From Candidatus Bathyarchaeota archaeon (GTDB lineage: Archaea > Thermoproteota > Bathyarchaeia > Bathyarchaeales > Bathycorpusculaceae): a stretch of DNA of 64,000 nt. Where the stretch lies: the NCBI GenBank assembly GCA_963739305.1, contig CAVTZU010000032.1:11149-75148 (forward strand), in the 5' to 3' direction. Numbering within the stretch: position 1 is the first letter of the stretch; every line of letters begins with the position of its first letter. Below the pieces are notes generated by a model that did no database searches, was not told the origin of the DNA, and saw only the letters and a list, made by a program, of their open reading frames with translations. The translations under genes were made by a program, and so were the position numbers. Positions 10,427-19,822 of this stretch are shown in pieces.

Positions 10427-11241
10427 TCACAAGAACAACTTCAAAGCCAGATAACCAAAAAGCATCATGACCAAGCAGTGTTTCAAGCCTGCGATGATCG
10501 TTCCTTCCCCCATCTTTCCGGCAACGAGTCCTCCAAAGAAAGCTTGAATCGTAGTCATGTGGAAAAACATGCGTCTAATATCTTCAGGCGCCATCACCGT
10601 TGTTCCCAGCGACGGCAATTGTTGCACGCTCATAAAGAAAGATTTGAAAAGCAAAACTATCGTGAAGAGGAAAACAAAGAAAGCAACATAGATAATCGCG
10701 ATATAAGGCCTCGTTTGCGTTCGACGTTCCTTCTCGAGCAACAGTGTCGTCTGTATGAATTTTCCCATAGGATCAAAGACTTTTTCAACACGCCCTCCCG
10801 AACGGCTTGCCTCAATAATCAAGGGAACAGTTCTCTGGACTAACACCGTGTCGACGCGCTTTCCCATGGCCAAGAGTGCTTCTTCAAAACTCGTTCCCCA
10901 CGAAATCTGCATCGTCATCTTTCTCAGCTCTGCAGTGAGGGGCCGTAATCTCTTTTCGCAGCTTCCTCCAAAGCCTGAGGCAACGTCATACCCGTCTCTT
11001 GAGCCTGAACAATGCTTCTGAAAAGGTCCGGAAGACGTTCGTCGATGGCTCTTCTCCAACTGAAATCAACATACGTAACAACTGCAGGAGGAGAGACAGC
11101 AGCAATGAGTGCAAAGAAGACAGCTTCATCGAACACAGGCGTTCCCCAGAACATCAGAACACCGACCAGCACTATTGCTACCGCTGAAGCTGCTGCGACG
11201 ATCCAAGCGATTTTCTTCAGTCTACGCTCTACTCTGGGCAT
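10427..11241 (-). pseudogene. type II/IV secretion system F (TadC/ArlJ-like) platform protein, -1 frameshift (possible error)
   Basis: DERLPDLFR...GMTLPQAL...DYGP continues as LTAELRK...WG if one base is added to the G run at 10939-10942. Confidence 0.82.
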
Positions 11242-11247
11242 TTTTCA

Positions 11248-12147
11248 TTACCGTTTTGGTGATGATGCATCAAGGATGATCAGGAACACTATTGCTCCCA
11301 AGGGGATTCCGACGTACGTGAGCAAATTTAGCAGGAGGTCTGGGCTCAACATTCCCAATCCGCCGCCTCCAAGCATCGCCATCACAGTCAGCATGATGAC
11401 CAGCATGAGCGGTCCAGTCAAAAGGATGGTCACGTAGAACTCGGCAAGCATCGACAGGGTGTCAGAGTATTTCTTGAGGCTCATTCTCTTCAACTTCATG
11501 TACTGCGTTGACTTCGCACGCAAGTAGACGGAAAGGTTACCGCCAGAACGGATCGTCGAGATAAGCCCTTCCATTATTTCTTTGTACCGTTCTGAAGGCG
11601 TCCGTCTCGACGCTTCTTCAAGCGCAGAGATCACGTCCGTCCCGAACAAGTTGACGTCCCTCACGATGTCTTTTGCCGGGGAAGAAGCTGCAAGGGGCAC
11701 AGGGAGGTTTGATATTGAATTGAAGATGTTCTCAGGTGACACTCCTGCGCTACTTAGAATTGCCATGTAACCAGTGGTAAACGGCAACTCATCTTCCAAT
11801 TGCCTCTTTATAGAGTCGGCGCGATAGATTGGATAGCCGTAAAACCCAATTGTTGTTATTGCCCCTGCGAACAGGCTGCCTCCCAAGCCGAACAAAAATG
11901 CTGGTAACATGGGTACTTCAAGGGCGAAAAAAGCCAGACAAGGAATTAGTGCCAATACTGTGATAGATGAAAGTATCGAGAAAAAGATGGTCAAACTCAC
12001 ATACGCTTTGAAGTTCACTTTCATTCCTGACTTCTGCAAGTCACCGTCAAGATCTCTGAAAAGCGGTATGACGCGTCCTACCTTCTCTCCGATAAGCTCG
12101 TAAGCGATTGCCCTGACTCTTTCTAACAGGGTTGGAGCGCTTTTCAT
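11248..12147 (-). CDS. type II/IV secretion system F (TadC/ArlJ-like) platform protein
   Basis: ELPFTTGYMAILSSAGV, SALEEASRRTPS; TM segments; follows the ATPase. Confidence 0.88.
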   Translation of the reverse strand: MKSAPTLLERVRAIAYELIGEKVGRVIPLFRDLDGDLQKSGMKVNFKAYVSLTIFFSILSSITVLALIPCLAFFALEVPMLPAFLFGLGGSLFAGAITTIGFYGYPIYRADSIKRQLEDELPFTTGYMAILSSAGVSPENIFNSISNLPVPLAASSPAKDIVRDVNLFGTDVISALEEASRRTPSERYKEIMEGLISTIRSGGNLSVYLRAKSTQYMKLKRMSLKKYSDTLSMLAEFYVTILLTGPLMLVIMLTVMAMLGGGGLGMLSPDLLLNLLTYVGIPLGAIVFLIILDASSPKR

Positions 12148-13712
12148 TTCAGCCCAACTCTGGCTTTTTGGAAAACACGTTCTGGGTTAGCGTAATATTC
12201 CCTGATCACGTTCGCAACGTTCGTGTGACGTCTTATCCCCTCATGGACCATCCAGTCTAGAACAGTCTGTCTTCGGTATAGCTCTCTCTTCACGTCCTCC
12301 TCGCTAATGCCCACTTTAGTCATGTGTCTTTCGAGGAGGATGCTCTTCTTCAATGATGAGAATTTGTCGAATTTTGGATTCCAGTTGCAGATCTCTTCAG
12401 TTCGTATACTATTGCTTTCTGAGGAAAAACCCAATACCTCTGTTGTCGCGTTTATTCTCCTGGCTGGTCTTCCATCGACTTCCGTTCTGTTCATCACAAG
12501 AACGACGTTGGTCATGGCAACCAGCGGTCTCGGAATATTCATCGGCTCGGATTCGAGTCGGTTCATCGCTGCTTGAACGGATTCAGCGTGAATGGTGCAC
12601 ATTCCCAGGTGTCCAGTCGCCATCGCCTGGAATAGAGTGTAGGCTTCTTCTCCACGGACTTCACCCACGATGATGTAATCAGGTCTTTGTCTCACCGCTG
12701 CTTTCAACAGGTCGAAGAGCGTTATACTTCCGTTCCTTCTGTCGTCATGCCCAAAACCGAGTCGTACGACTGAGGGAATCCAATTTTCATGAGGAAGGTT
12801 GAGTTCTTGAGTGTCTTCGACGCTCACTATTTTCATTTCGGGCTTGATGAACATTGACAGGCAGTTAAGCATCGTCGTTTTTCCAGAAGCCACGCCTCCC
12901 GCCACGAGGACTGAGGCTCTGTTTTCTATAACGTACCAGAGGTATGCAGCCATCTCTGATGGGATGGTTTTCAGCGCGATTAGGTCCGAAATCGTCAAAG
13001 GGTCTACTCTGAAACGTCTGATAGTAAACGTAGAACCTCTTCTGGTGACCTCGCTTCCGTAGGTGAGCTGCACTCGACTGCCATCAGGGAGCGAAGCATC
13101 TAGCATTGGTGACGCTATCGAAATGTTCTTCCCAGAAAGGTACGCCATGCGTATTATGAACGAGTTGAGCTCCGCTTCTTCCTTGAATATGATATTTGTC
13201 GGTATTGACTCGTAAAGCCTGTGCCAAACATAAATGGGGATGTTCACTCCGTCCGCCGAGATATCCTCGATGAGGTGATCTTTCATCAACGGATCGATTT
13301 TGCCATACCCCGTGAAGTCCCTTATGATGTAGTATGTCAGTTTGTCAACGGCTTCCGGCGCAATTCTCAGTTTGTACTTCTTTATGATTTCAATCGATTT
13401 TTCTCTGAGATAGTTTTCTGCCTTGTCCTTGGTTTCTATTTCTTTCAGGTTAACATCAATTTCTTCCATCAAGAAGTTCTTGAGGTCTTTCAGCTGTTGT
13501 TCTTCTTCTTTCTGTAAAGTGGGCTCGATCGTCTCGTATCTCGTTTTCTGAGTTTCTGGATCCTTAACTATCGCTGCATAAACGTATGGTTCCTGTATCG
13601 GGTATGCTTCCCTGAACGCCGTTGGTTTCTTCGGTTCCCTTTCTATGATTACGCCCGCTGGCGCTTCCTCTAGAATGTCTGAAGCTTTGGTTTCCTGCGT
13701 CGTAGTTTTCAC
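12144..13712 (-). CDS. type II/IV secretion/pilus assembly ATPase (VirB11/ArlI-like)
   Basis: Walker A GGVASGKTT, SVEDTQE, RQRPDYIIVGEVRG, TGH...TIHA. Confidence 0.94.
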   Translation of the reverse strand: MKTTTQETKASDILEEAPAGVIIEREPKKPTAFREAYPIQEPYVYAAIVKDPETQKTRYETIEPTLQKEEEQQLKDLKNFLMEEIDVNLKEIETKDKAENYLREKSIEIIKKYKLRIAPEAVDKLTYYIIRDFTGYGKIDPLMKDHLIEDISADGVNIPIYVWHRLYESIPTNIIFKEEAELNSFIIRMAYLSGKNISIASPMLDASLPDGSRVQLTYGSEVTRRGSTFTIRRFRVDPLTISDLIALKTIPSEMAAYLWYVIENRASVLVAGGVASGKTTMLNCLSMFIKPEMKIVSVEDTQELNLPHENWIPSVVRLGFGHDDRRNGSITLFDLLKAAVRQRPDYIIVGEVRGEEAYTLFQAMATGHLGMCTIHAESVQAAMNRLESEPMNIPRPLVAMTNVVLVMNRTEVDGRPARRINATTEVLGFSSESNSIRTEEICNWNPKFDKFSSLKKSILLERHMTKVGISEEDVKRELYRRQTVLDWMVHEGIRRHTNVANVIREYYANPERVFQKARVGLK

Positions 13713-13863
13713 TGTCCCATTTTCTAGGGTACTTTCTAACGTTCTTCGAGTATATATGCTATATTGAGACTTAATAAATTATATGCACGTGCAATCCTTA
13801 GCAAGCTTAACCCAAAGTGAACCTTAATAGAAGGAAACGCACGTGTAATCTCAGGGACAACAC

Positions 13864-14175
13864 ATGCACCAAATCACAAAAAACTCTACGCGATCGAGGA
13901 AACCACGAATTCCAAAGAAATTGACCCTAAAAAGAGCAAAGAAGCAACGTCGCAAAAACAACGCTGAAAAGAAGCCTAAGTCAGCCTCCTCGAGACAGAA
14001 GCCTAAACGCGTATCATGCCCAAAGTGCGGATCATCCAACCTTCTGCAAACATTTGTCCTGCAGAACCTTTGGTCTGTGTGGGAGTGCCGAAGATGCGGA
14101 TATCACGGAGCATTCATTGCGGGACGCAGCAGAACCACAGGTAAAACACATGAAAACTATGTGACAGCTAGTTGA
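13864..14175 (+). CDS. small basic protein with zinc ribbon
   Basis: Lys-rich N-terminus; CPKCGSSNL...WECRRCG. Confidence 0.6.
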   Translation: MHQITKNSTRSRKPRIPKKLTLKRAKKQRRKNNAEKKPKSASSRQKPKRVSCPKCGSSNLLQTFVLQNLWSVWECRRCGYHGAFIAGRSRTTGKTHENYVTAS

Positions 14176-14261
14176 AACACTGACAGTGCGTTTGCTTTCA
14201 TCTTTCCGCTGACTGTGACCACGAAATCCGCCATTTTCCAGATCATCAAAGACGTTTCGGT

Positions 14262-15056
14262 TCAGAGCACTCTCAGCAGAACATCGTACAAAGACGGGAT
14301 ATGGACGTAGAGGCGCACGATGACGGCCGATACAAGGACAAGAACTGTTAACGCAATCAGGACGCCGTCGCCTTTGTGCAATCTCAACACGTAAAGGTTC
14401 GTCCGATCCTTGGTCGCTCCCCATGCCCGAGACTCCATCGCCTCGGCGAGCTCGAGACTCCTTCGGATAGCACTTACTATCAAGGGGATCAAAATTGGAA
14501 TGTAGTTTCTGATCCTCTTCAGAAAGTTTCCGCGTTCAAGTTCCAATCCTCTTGCTTTCTGAGCATCCATTATCGTTTGTGCCTCTTCAGCCAAGACAGG
14601 CACGAAGCGCACGGCTGTGGTGAACGCAAACACGAATTCGTAGGGCACATGGGTCTGTTCCAACGCCAAGCCTAAGTGGTCTGGCGAAGTCGTGAGGAAG
14701 AAAACCGAGAACGATTCGACCAGCACTATGAACCGAAGCGTCAAGGCTAAGGCTCTTTCAACCATGTCAGGCATCACAGTATAGTTGGCTCCGATGAAGG
14801 CGACTGCGAAGTTTGTCAAGAAAATGACTGCGGCCAAGAGAGCGGCGCCACGCATCGAACGTTGCCACTCACGTCTGACTCTTGCGAGCAAGACAAACGG
14901 GATCTGAATCAAGAAAAGAATGATTAACGGGATGAGTTCCCAAAAAATGATCGCTGCTACAAAAATGCTGCACACATAAACGAATTTGATCCTTGGATCT
15001 AGGTTGTGAATTGGCGAGTAGACTCTGCGAAACTTTAGGCCGCTGAACACGCTCAT
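14262..15056 (-). CDS. ecfT: ECF transporter transmembrane T component
   Basis: LDPRIK, AQKARG, AMESRAW motifs. Confidence 0.92.
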   Translation of the reverse strand: MSVFSGLKFRRVYSPIHNLDPRIKFVYVCSIFVAAIIFWELIPLIILFLIQIPFVLLARVRREWQRSMRGAALLAAVIFLTNFAVAFIGANYTVMPDMVERALALTLRFIVLVESFSVFFLTTSPDHLGLALEQTHVPYEFVFAFTTAVRFVPVLAEEAQTIMDAQKARGLELERGNFLKRIRNYIPILIPLIVSAIRRSLELAEAMESRAWGATKDRTNLYVLRLHKGDGVLIALTVLVLVSAVIVRLYVHIPSLYDVLLRVL

Positions 15057-15877
15057 CTTTTATTTTTCTCCAGAATATTCAGCAGGATTCTTTGGGCTTC
15101 GTAAACGTCTATCACATTCTTTGGCAATTCCAACGCGGGCAGGTTCAGAAAGATCTGGGCTATCTGGGGCGGAACTATGAATGCCTTTTCCAGCGTCGCA
15201 GAGTCAGTCAGAATCTTTTCGGCTTCTCCATCCGCGAGCACCTGTCCATCCAGCATCAGAATGACTCTAGGGCTACATTCCGCCACAAACTCAACATCAT
15301 GAGTTACCATAACGATGGTTTTCTTTTGAGTCTTCATTTGAAGTATGAACTGTCTCAATCGTTCCTTTTGGTCATAATCTTGGCCGATTGTAGGCTCGTC
15401 CAATATCAGCATCCTTGGATCCCACGCCAGAACCGAGGCCAAGGCAACGCGCTTTCTTTCGCCGCCGCTAAGCATGAAAGGCGACGTTTTTCTATACTCC
15501 GACAACCCCAAGAGGTTGAGGGCCCAGCTGATCCTTTTCTCAATGACATCCTCCGCAAACCCGAAGTTTTTGAGCCCAAAAGCGATCTCCTCCTCAACCG
15601 TTTCACAAAACAGCTGGTTGTCTGGGTTTTGAAACACGAAACCTACATCTTTCGCTAACTTCGCAACGCTCGTTTTCGCAGTATCTTGATCGTCAACGAG
15701 CACTCGGCCCTGATTTGGCTTTAGAAGACCGTTAAAATGCTTGACGAGCGTTGTTTTTCCAGCGCCGTTCTGTCCCATGATGGCCACGAACTCGCCGTCT
15801 TCGATTACCAATGACACGCCTCTGAGGGCTTCCACACCGTTCGGATAGGCGAAGCGAACGTTTTCTACTTCAATCAT
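15053..15877 (-). CDS. ecfA: ECF transporter ATPase
   Basis: GQNGAGKT, FQNPDNQ, LSGGE, LDEPT. Confidence 0.92.
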   Translation of the reverse strand: MIEVENVRFAYPNGVEALRGVSLVIEDGEFVAIMGQNGAGKTTLVKHFNGLLKPNQGRVLVDDQDTAKTSVAKLAKDVGFVFQNPDNQLFCETVEEEIAFGLKNFGFAEDVIEKRISWALNLLGLSEYRKTSPFMLSGGERKRVALASVLAWDPRMLILDEPTIGQDYDQKERLRQFILQMKTQKKTIVMVTHDVEFVAECSPRVILMLDGQVLADGEAEKILTDSATLEKAFIVPPQIAQIFLNLPALELPKNVIDVYEAQRILLNILEKNKR

Positions 15878-16722
15878 GAGTTCAAAGCCTCCTTGATCGA
15901 GTCTGCCATCTCGTCTGAAGACAACGGAAGCGTACTGCCTAAGTGCACTCCGCTTTGTACAAGTATTTGGTAAAGTCGCGTTGCTTTCGGTATGCCAACC
16001 CCGATCAAGCGAGCTTCTTCTAAGCTTAGGATTTCCCTCGGATTACCATCCAACGCAACCTTTCCTTCATTCATTATGATGATGTGATCTGCGTACTTGG
16101 CCGTTAGATCGAGCCTGTGTTCAACGAGCACGACAGTAATGCCAAGGTCCCTGTTTAACTGGTGAATTACTTCGAATATTCTTTGAGCGCTGAGCGGGTC
16201 TAGGAAAGAGGTCGGCTCGTCCAACACGATGAGTTCAGGTTCCATCGCCAGGACAGAGGCAATGGCCACTCTCTGTTGTTGTCCACCTGAAAGTTCATGC
16301 GGAGCTCTTTCCCTCAGATCGTAGATTCCTGTGAGTTGGAGCGCCCAGTCGACCTTCTTGCGCATCTCATCCCTTGGAACTCCGAGGTTTTCGAGCCCGA
16401 AAGCCACGTCTTTCTCGACGGATAGGGCGAAGAGCTGGTTCTCAGGGTTTTGAAAAACGAGCCCTACATGTTTTGCCAATTCATAGATCTGGTGGTCAAG
16501 GACGTTTAGTCCAGCAACCTGGATCGTGCCTTTCATTTCGCCCTGATAGAAGTGTGGAATGAGGCCGTTGAAGCAGCGGCACAGCGTCGTCTTGCCACAG
16601 CCGCTCGGTCCTGTTATCAACGCGAATTGACCTTTCTCAATCTTTATCGAGACGTTTTTGATTGACTGTTTGGACGCGCCCGGATAAGTGTAAGAAAGGT
16701 CTCCTGTTTCGACGAGTGCCAT
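15874..16722 (-). CDS. ecfA: ECF transporter ATPase
   Basis: GPSGCGKT, FQNPENQ, LSGGQ, LDEPT. Confidence 0.92.
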   Translation of the reverse strand: MALVETGDLSYTYPGASKQSIKNVSIKIEKGQFALITGPSGCGKTTLCRCFNGLIPHFYQGEMKGTIQVAGLNVLDHQIYELAKHVGLVFQNPENQLFALSVEKDVAFGLENLGVPRDEMRKKVDWALQLTGIYDLRERAPHELSGGQQQRVAIASVLAMEPELIVLDEPTSFLDPLSAQRIFEVIHQLNRDLGITVVLVEHRLDLTAKYADHIIIMNEGKVALDGNPREILSLEEARLIGVGIPKATRLYQILVQSGVHLGSTLPLSSDEMADSIKEALNS

Positions 16723-16775
16723 GCTATTTGCCTGCCTAGGTTGAAGCGGTTTTGGGTTCATTTAAGAGTAGCTAC

Positions 16776-17771
16776 TTAATTGTGGCTAAGCAGCTTCTCT
16801 TTCAAAAGTGTCACGCACCGTTTAAGCCCAACATCGATCTCTCCTTCCCCGTTGACGCCGGCTGCGGTGGCGTGTCCCCCGCCCATGCCATGAAGATATT
16901 CGCCTAAGGGTTTCGCAATGTCTCTTCCAAGATGAACTTTCGTCTGTTTGAAAAACTCGAGTGAACTGCGCAGACTTATCTCGATTCTCTGGTTCTTCAC
17001 TCCCGCAACAACCCCAACATGGGCACCCAATTCGACAAGTGCTCTGGCCGCCGATGCCTCGTAGGCACTGACATGTGACAGCGCAATAATCCATTCGTCG
17101 ATTTTGAAGAGTCTGGTTCTACGGCAGGCTTTAAGCCTCGCTACTCGTTCCGAGAAATCCATCGGTAACGAGAGCATTGCCAAGGTTTCTTGTGCGTTGA
17201 CCCCTGCGTCGATGAGTTCCGCGATGTTCTTCAAAGTTGTCGAGTTTGCCAAGACAAAATGGCGTGTGTCAAATGATATTCCCAAGAACAGCGCTCGGGC
17301 TTCAGACTCATCGGGTTTCAAGCTTGTTTCTTTATAGAAGTTGTAAACAATCTCGCAAGTTGATGATGATTCTTCGTTGGTTACGCATATTGTCGCGAGC
17401 TGCTCGGTTTCTGGATGGCTCGCATGGTGATCAACAACTACTATAGGAACTTGCGAGTTTCGTATTTTCTCTGCTAAAGTATCCAGCTGCTGAATCGTAT
17501 TTGTGTCAAGGAGCACGATAACCTGGGCCTTATCCAACGTTGGCTCGGGCTTGATTTCAATCGGCACGTACTGCAGAAGATGCTTAGACAAGCGGCTAAC
17601 TCCCTGAGCAGCAACGATTTCAACCTCTGTTTTCGGACGCAGCTTCTTAACCAACCCTGAGAAGGCGTAGGCAGAACAGATCGCGTCAGGATCGGCGTTG
17701 TGGTGACAAAGCAGAACAATGAATTTCACGTCAAGCGTTTCAAGAAGATTCGCTATTTCTTTGAAAGACAT
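16776..17771 (-). CDS. DHH family phosphoesterase
   Basis: HHNADPDA, LLDT, VDHH, GGGHATAAG. Confidence 0.92.
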   Translation of the reverse strand: MSFKEIANLLETLDVKFIVLLCHHNADPDAICSAYAFSGLVKKLRPKTEVEIVAAQGVSRLSKHLLQYVPIEIKPEPTLDKAQVIVLLDTNTIQQLDTLAEKIRNSQVPIVVVDHHASHPETEQLATICVTNEESSSTCEIVYNFYKETSLKPDESEARALFLGISFDTRHFVLANSTTLKNIAELIDAGVNAQETLAMLSLPMDFSERVARLKACRRTRLFKIDEWIIALSHVSAYEASAARALVELGAHVGVVAGVKNQRIEISLRSSLEFFKQTKVHLGRDIAKPLGEYLHGMGGGHATAAGVNGEGEIDVGLKRCVTLLKEKLLSHN

Positions 17772-18064
17772 TTCAGTTCCCTCAGGTACTCCTCTGCCGC
17801 GCTGAACGCACATTTGACGGCATCGTCACAAAGTCCTTTCACACCAATATTCTTCACGGAAGATGACAGCGTAAGGTCAACGTCAACAGTGAGTTTCAAA
17901 GGTTTCGTGTCTTCTGCCTCAGCGCTTATGTTGAGGATTTCCACCTTCTTCGAAGGAACCTTCGACAAAACATGCTTCCTTGCTGCTTCCTCAGCAATTG
18001 TGCACAACTTCTCGACTTGTTCACTATTAAGATCCGACAGTCCCATTTCTTCCACGGTCTTCAC
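17753..18064 (-). CDS. DUF3194-like protein
   Basis: small alpha/beta protein in its typical position between prefoldin beta and DHH. Confidence 0.7.
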   Translation of the reverse strand: MKTVEEMGLSDLNSEQVEKLCTIAEEAARKHVLSKVPSKKVEILNISAEAEDTKPLKLTVDVDLTLSSSVKNIGVKGLCDDAVKCAFSAAEEYLRELKCLSKK

Positions 18065-18082
18065 CAGAGGGCGCGGTGGCTT

Positions 18083-18451
18083 TCAGGTTGGTGAAGAGAC
18101 CGGGTTCAAATCCTGTTGAAGTTTCGTCTGAACGTCTTTAACTTGGGCCTTTATTCGTTCCTCTTGTTTAGCAAGAACCGTAACTCTGGTACTGAGCAGT
18201 TCTTTCCTTTCATTCAGGTCGGCGATCACTTTTGATCTTTCAGATTTTATCAAAAGTGAACCTGTTGCCTTGTAAATAACTGCATCATCTGTCAGTTTTT
18301 GCAGCTCATCCAAGGCTTGATTAATCTCCATCTGTTCTAATTCCACCTGTTGCTTCTGGCCCAAGACTGATTGGAGCGTTTGTTGAAGTTGTTGGAGCCT
18401 TAAAAGGCGCTCCTGAACTTGGGGCGGAAGCCCTGAAAGTTCGTCACTCAC
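18083..18451 (-). CDS. pfdB: prefoldin subunit beta
   Basis: LPPQVQ, coiled coils flanking IYKATGSLLIK hairpin. Confidence 0.92.
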   Translation of the reverse strand: MSDELSGLPPQVQERLLRLQQLQQTLQSVLGQKQQVELEQMEINQALDELQKLTDDAVIYKATGSLLIKSERSKVIADLNERKELLSTRVTVLAKQEERIKAQVKDVQTKLQQDLNPVSSPT

Positions 18452-18572
18452 CTTATATCCATCCGTCTGCACAACGATTAGCCAAGCCATTAATTAACAT
18501 TTTTGATGACGAACTGCCGAATAATTAAGATAGCGCGCGCGCTTCTATATGGGCGCGAAAGGCTAGATTATA

Positions 18573-18701
18573 CTATGCACTTGGTTTTATTTCTCCTTTG
18601 AAAACTCGGTAGCACCTTTCTGAGCAGAAGCCTTGAAAATCATTGTCTGGCATGAACAGTTTTCCACAAGCTTTACACTTCTGCTTAGTCCTTTCCTGCA
18701 T
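18573..18701 (-). CDS. 42-aa zinc-finger microprotein (CxxC...FCSxxC)
   Basis: hand translation MQERTKQKCKACGKLFMPDNDFQGFCSERCYRVFKGEIKPSA; below the ORF-track cutoff. Confidence 0.7.
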   Translation of the reverse strand: MQERTKQKCKACGKLFMPDNDFQGFCSERCYRVFKGEIKPSA

Positions 18702-18808
18702 TCACTTCTTCCCCTAATCAGAATGTCATCTTGACTGGTTAAATGTTTAACCGCGCGCGCATACCAGTCACGTAATGCTTTATACGAGTTCGAGACTACT
18801 TATGATAT

Positions 18809-18900
18809 GGCAGCGTTTAGCGGGTTTCTTAGTGTCAAATCCCTCTTTTCCATGAATTCGCCGCAATATGGGCGCGGGCTAAGATCTGCTAGATTCTGCT
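18809..18900 (+). ncRNA. putative structured 5' leader RNA
   Basis: 18809-18833 pairs with 18878-18900 (about 22 bp including several G-U pairs); starts about 25 nt after TTTATA at 18778. Confidence 0.4.
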
Positions 18901-18943
18901 TTTAGAAGAAGGATGAAAAACACAAGATGGATGGAGGTGAAAA

Positions 18944-19603
18944 GTGTTGAGATATAAGTATCCTATCGAGTATGAATTGAACCCTACGGAGATGAATAAA
19001 GGAAAGCAATGGCTAACATTGACACTGAAAAACATCGGAAATAAAACTCTTAAAAGACTTGACGTGGAATTTCACTCTCTAGATACCTTTTATCTTTCTC
19101 CTTTATTCTTTCCTTTTGGAATAGGACACTACATCGGAGAGCTTCAGCCAGAAGAAGAGAGAGAAGTGGTTTTCCAAGTGAACGCACAAGGAGCAGGTGA
19201 TGTATACGCCACTATCAGTGCACGTAGGGATGGCGAATACTTCTCGTGGGAATCCGGTTGGACGCATATCTCTGTAAGCGAGGAAAAAGCAGAAATCGGT
19301 CGCCTAGTAGTGCTTTCACATCCGTATACGCCAATAGGAAAGACCCTCTCGGCCGAGGCAACCATTAAGGGCTTGAGAAAAAGTACGGGACTGAAACTAG
19401 AATTCTGGGTGGAAACCCCCTCAGGAAAGTTTGAAGAGCAGGCCACAATAGATATAAAGGAACTTTCCGTTGGAGAGGAAGCCCGTTACTCCGCTGAGTT
19501 CACACCCAAGGAAGTGGGGGCCTACAACATATTCGCGTATTTATACGATGGATGGAGAAAAATAGGTCACAAGGCAGATTCCATCTATGCGCAGAAAACA
19601 TAG
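18944..19603 (+). CDS. hypothetical protein, tandem Ig-like/CARDB-like beta-sandwich domains
   Basis: strong SD GGAGGTGA; LTLKNIG and ELQPEEEREVVF / ELSVGEEARYSAEF repeats. Confidence 0.8.
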   Translation: MLRYKYPIEYELNPTEMNKGKQWLTLTLKNIGNKTLKRLDVEFHSLDTFYLSPLFFPFGIGHYIGELQPEEEREVVFQVNAQGAGDVYATISARRDGEYFSWESGWTHISVSEEKAEIGRLVVLSHPYTPIGKTLSAEATIKGLRKSTGLKLEFWVETPSGKFEEQATIDIKELSVGEEARYSAEFTPKEVGAYNIFAYLYDGWRKIGHKADSIYAQKT

Positions 19604-19822
19604 CAATCACCAAGCCGACTTGGAAATTTCCAACTCCCCTTTTTTGCAAAGAGCGCAGGCGGATTAAGTAATTGCCGTTTATGTTTGGAGAGTCCGACCT
19701 CGTCTTGTTGATGCAGATGCAGAGGTCAGGTTCTTCCACGCTCCTATTCAAGGACTTAGATTTAAGTCCTATTCGCTCCATCCTTTGAAAGGACTTCCAC
19801 GTAGCACGCGCGCTGTTCATGA

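Noticed and set aside
14262-16722. ECF module lacking an S component
   Set aside because: Normal for group II ECF transporters, whose S components are encoded elsewhere
19500-19820. 106-aa minus-strand ORF
   Set aside because: Overlaps the 3' end of the Ig-like gene, runs through palindromes and a GC tract; no recognisable features
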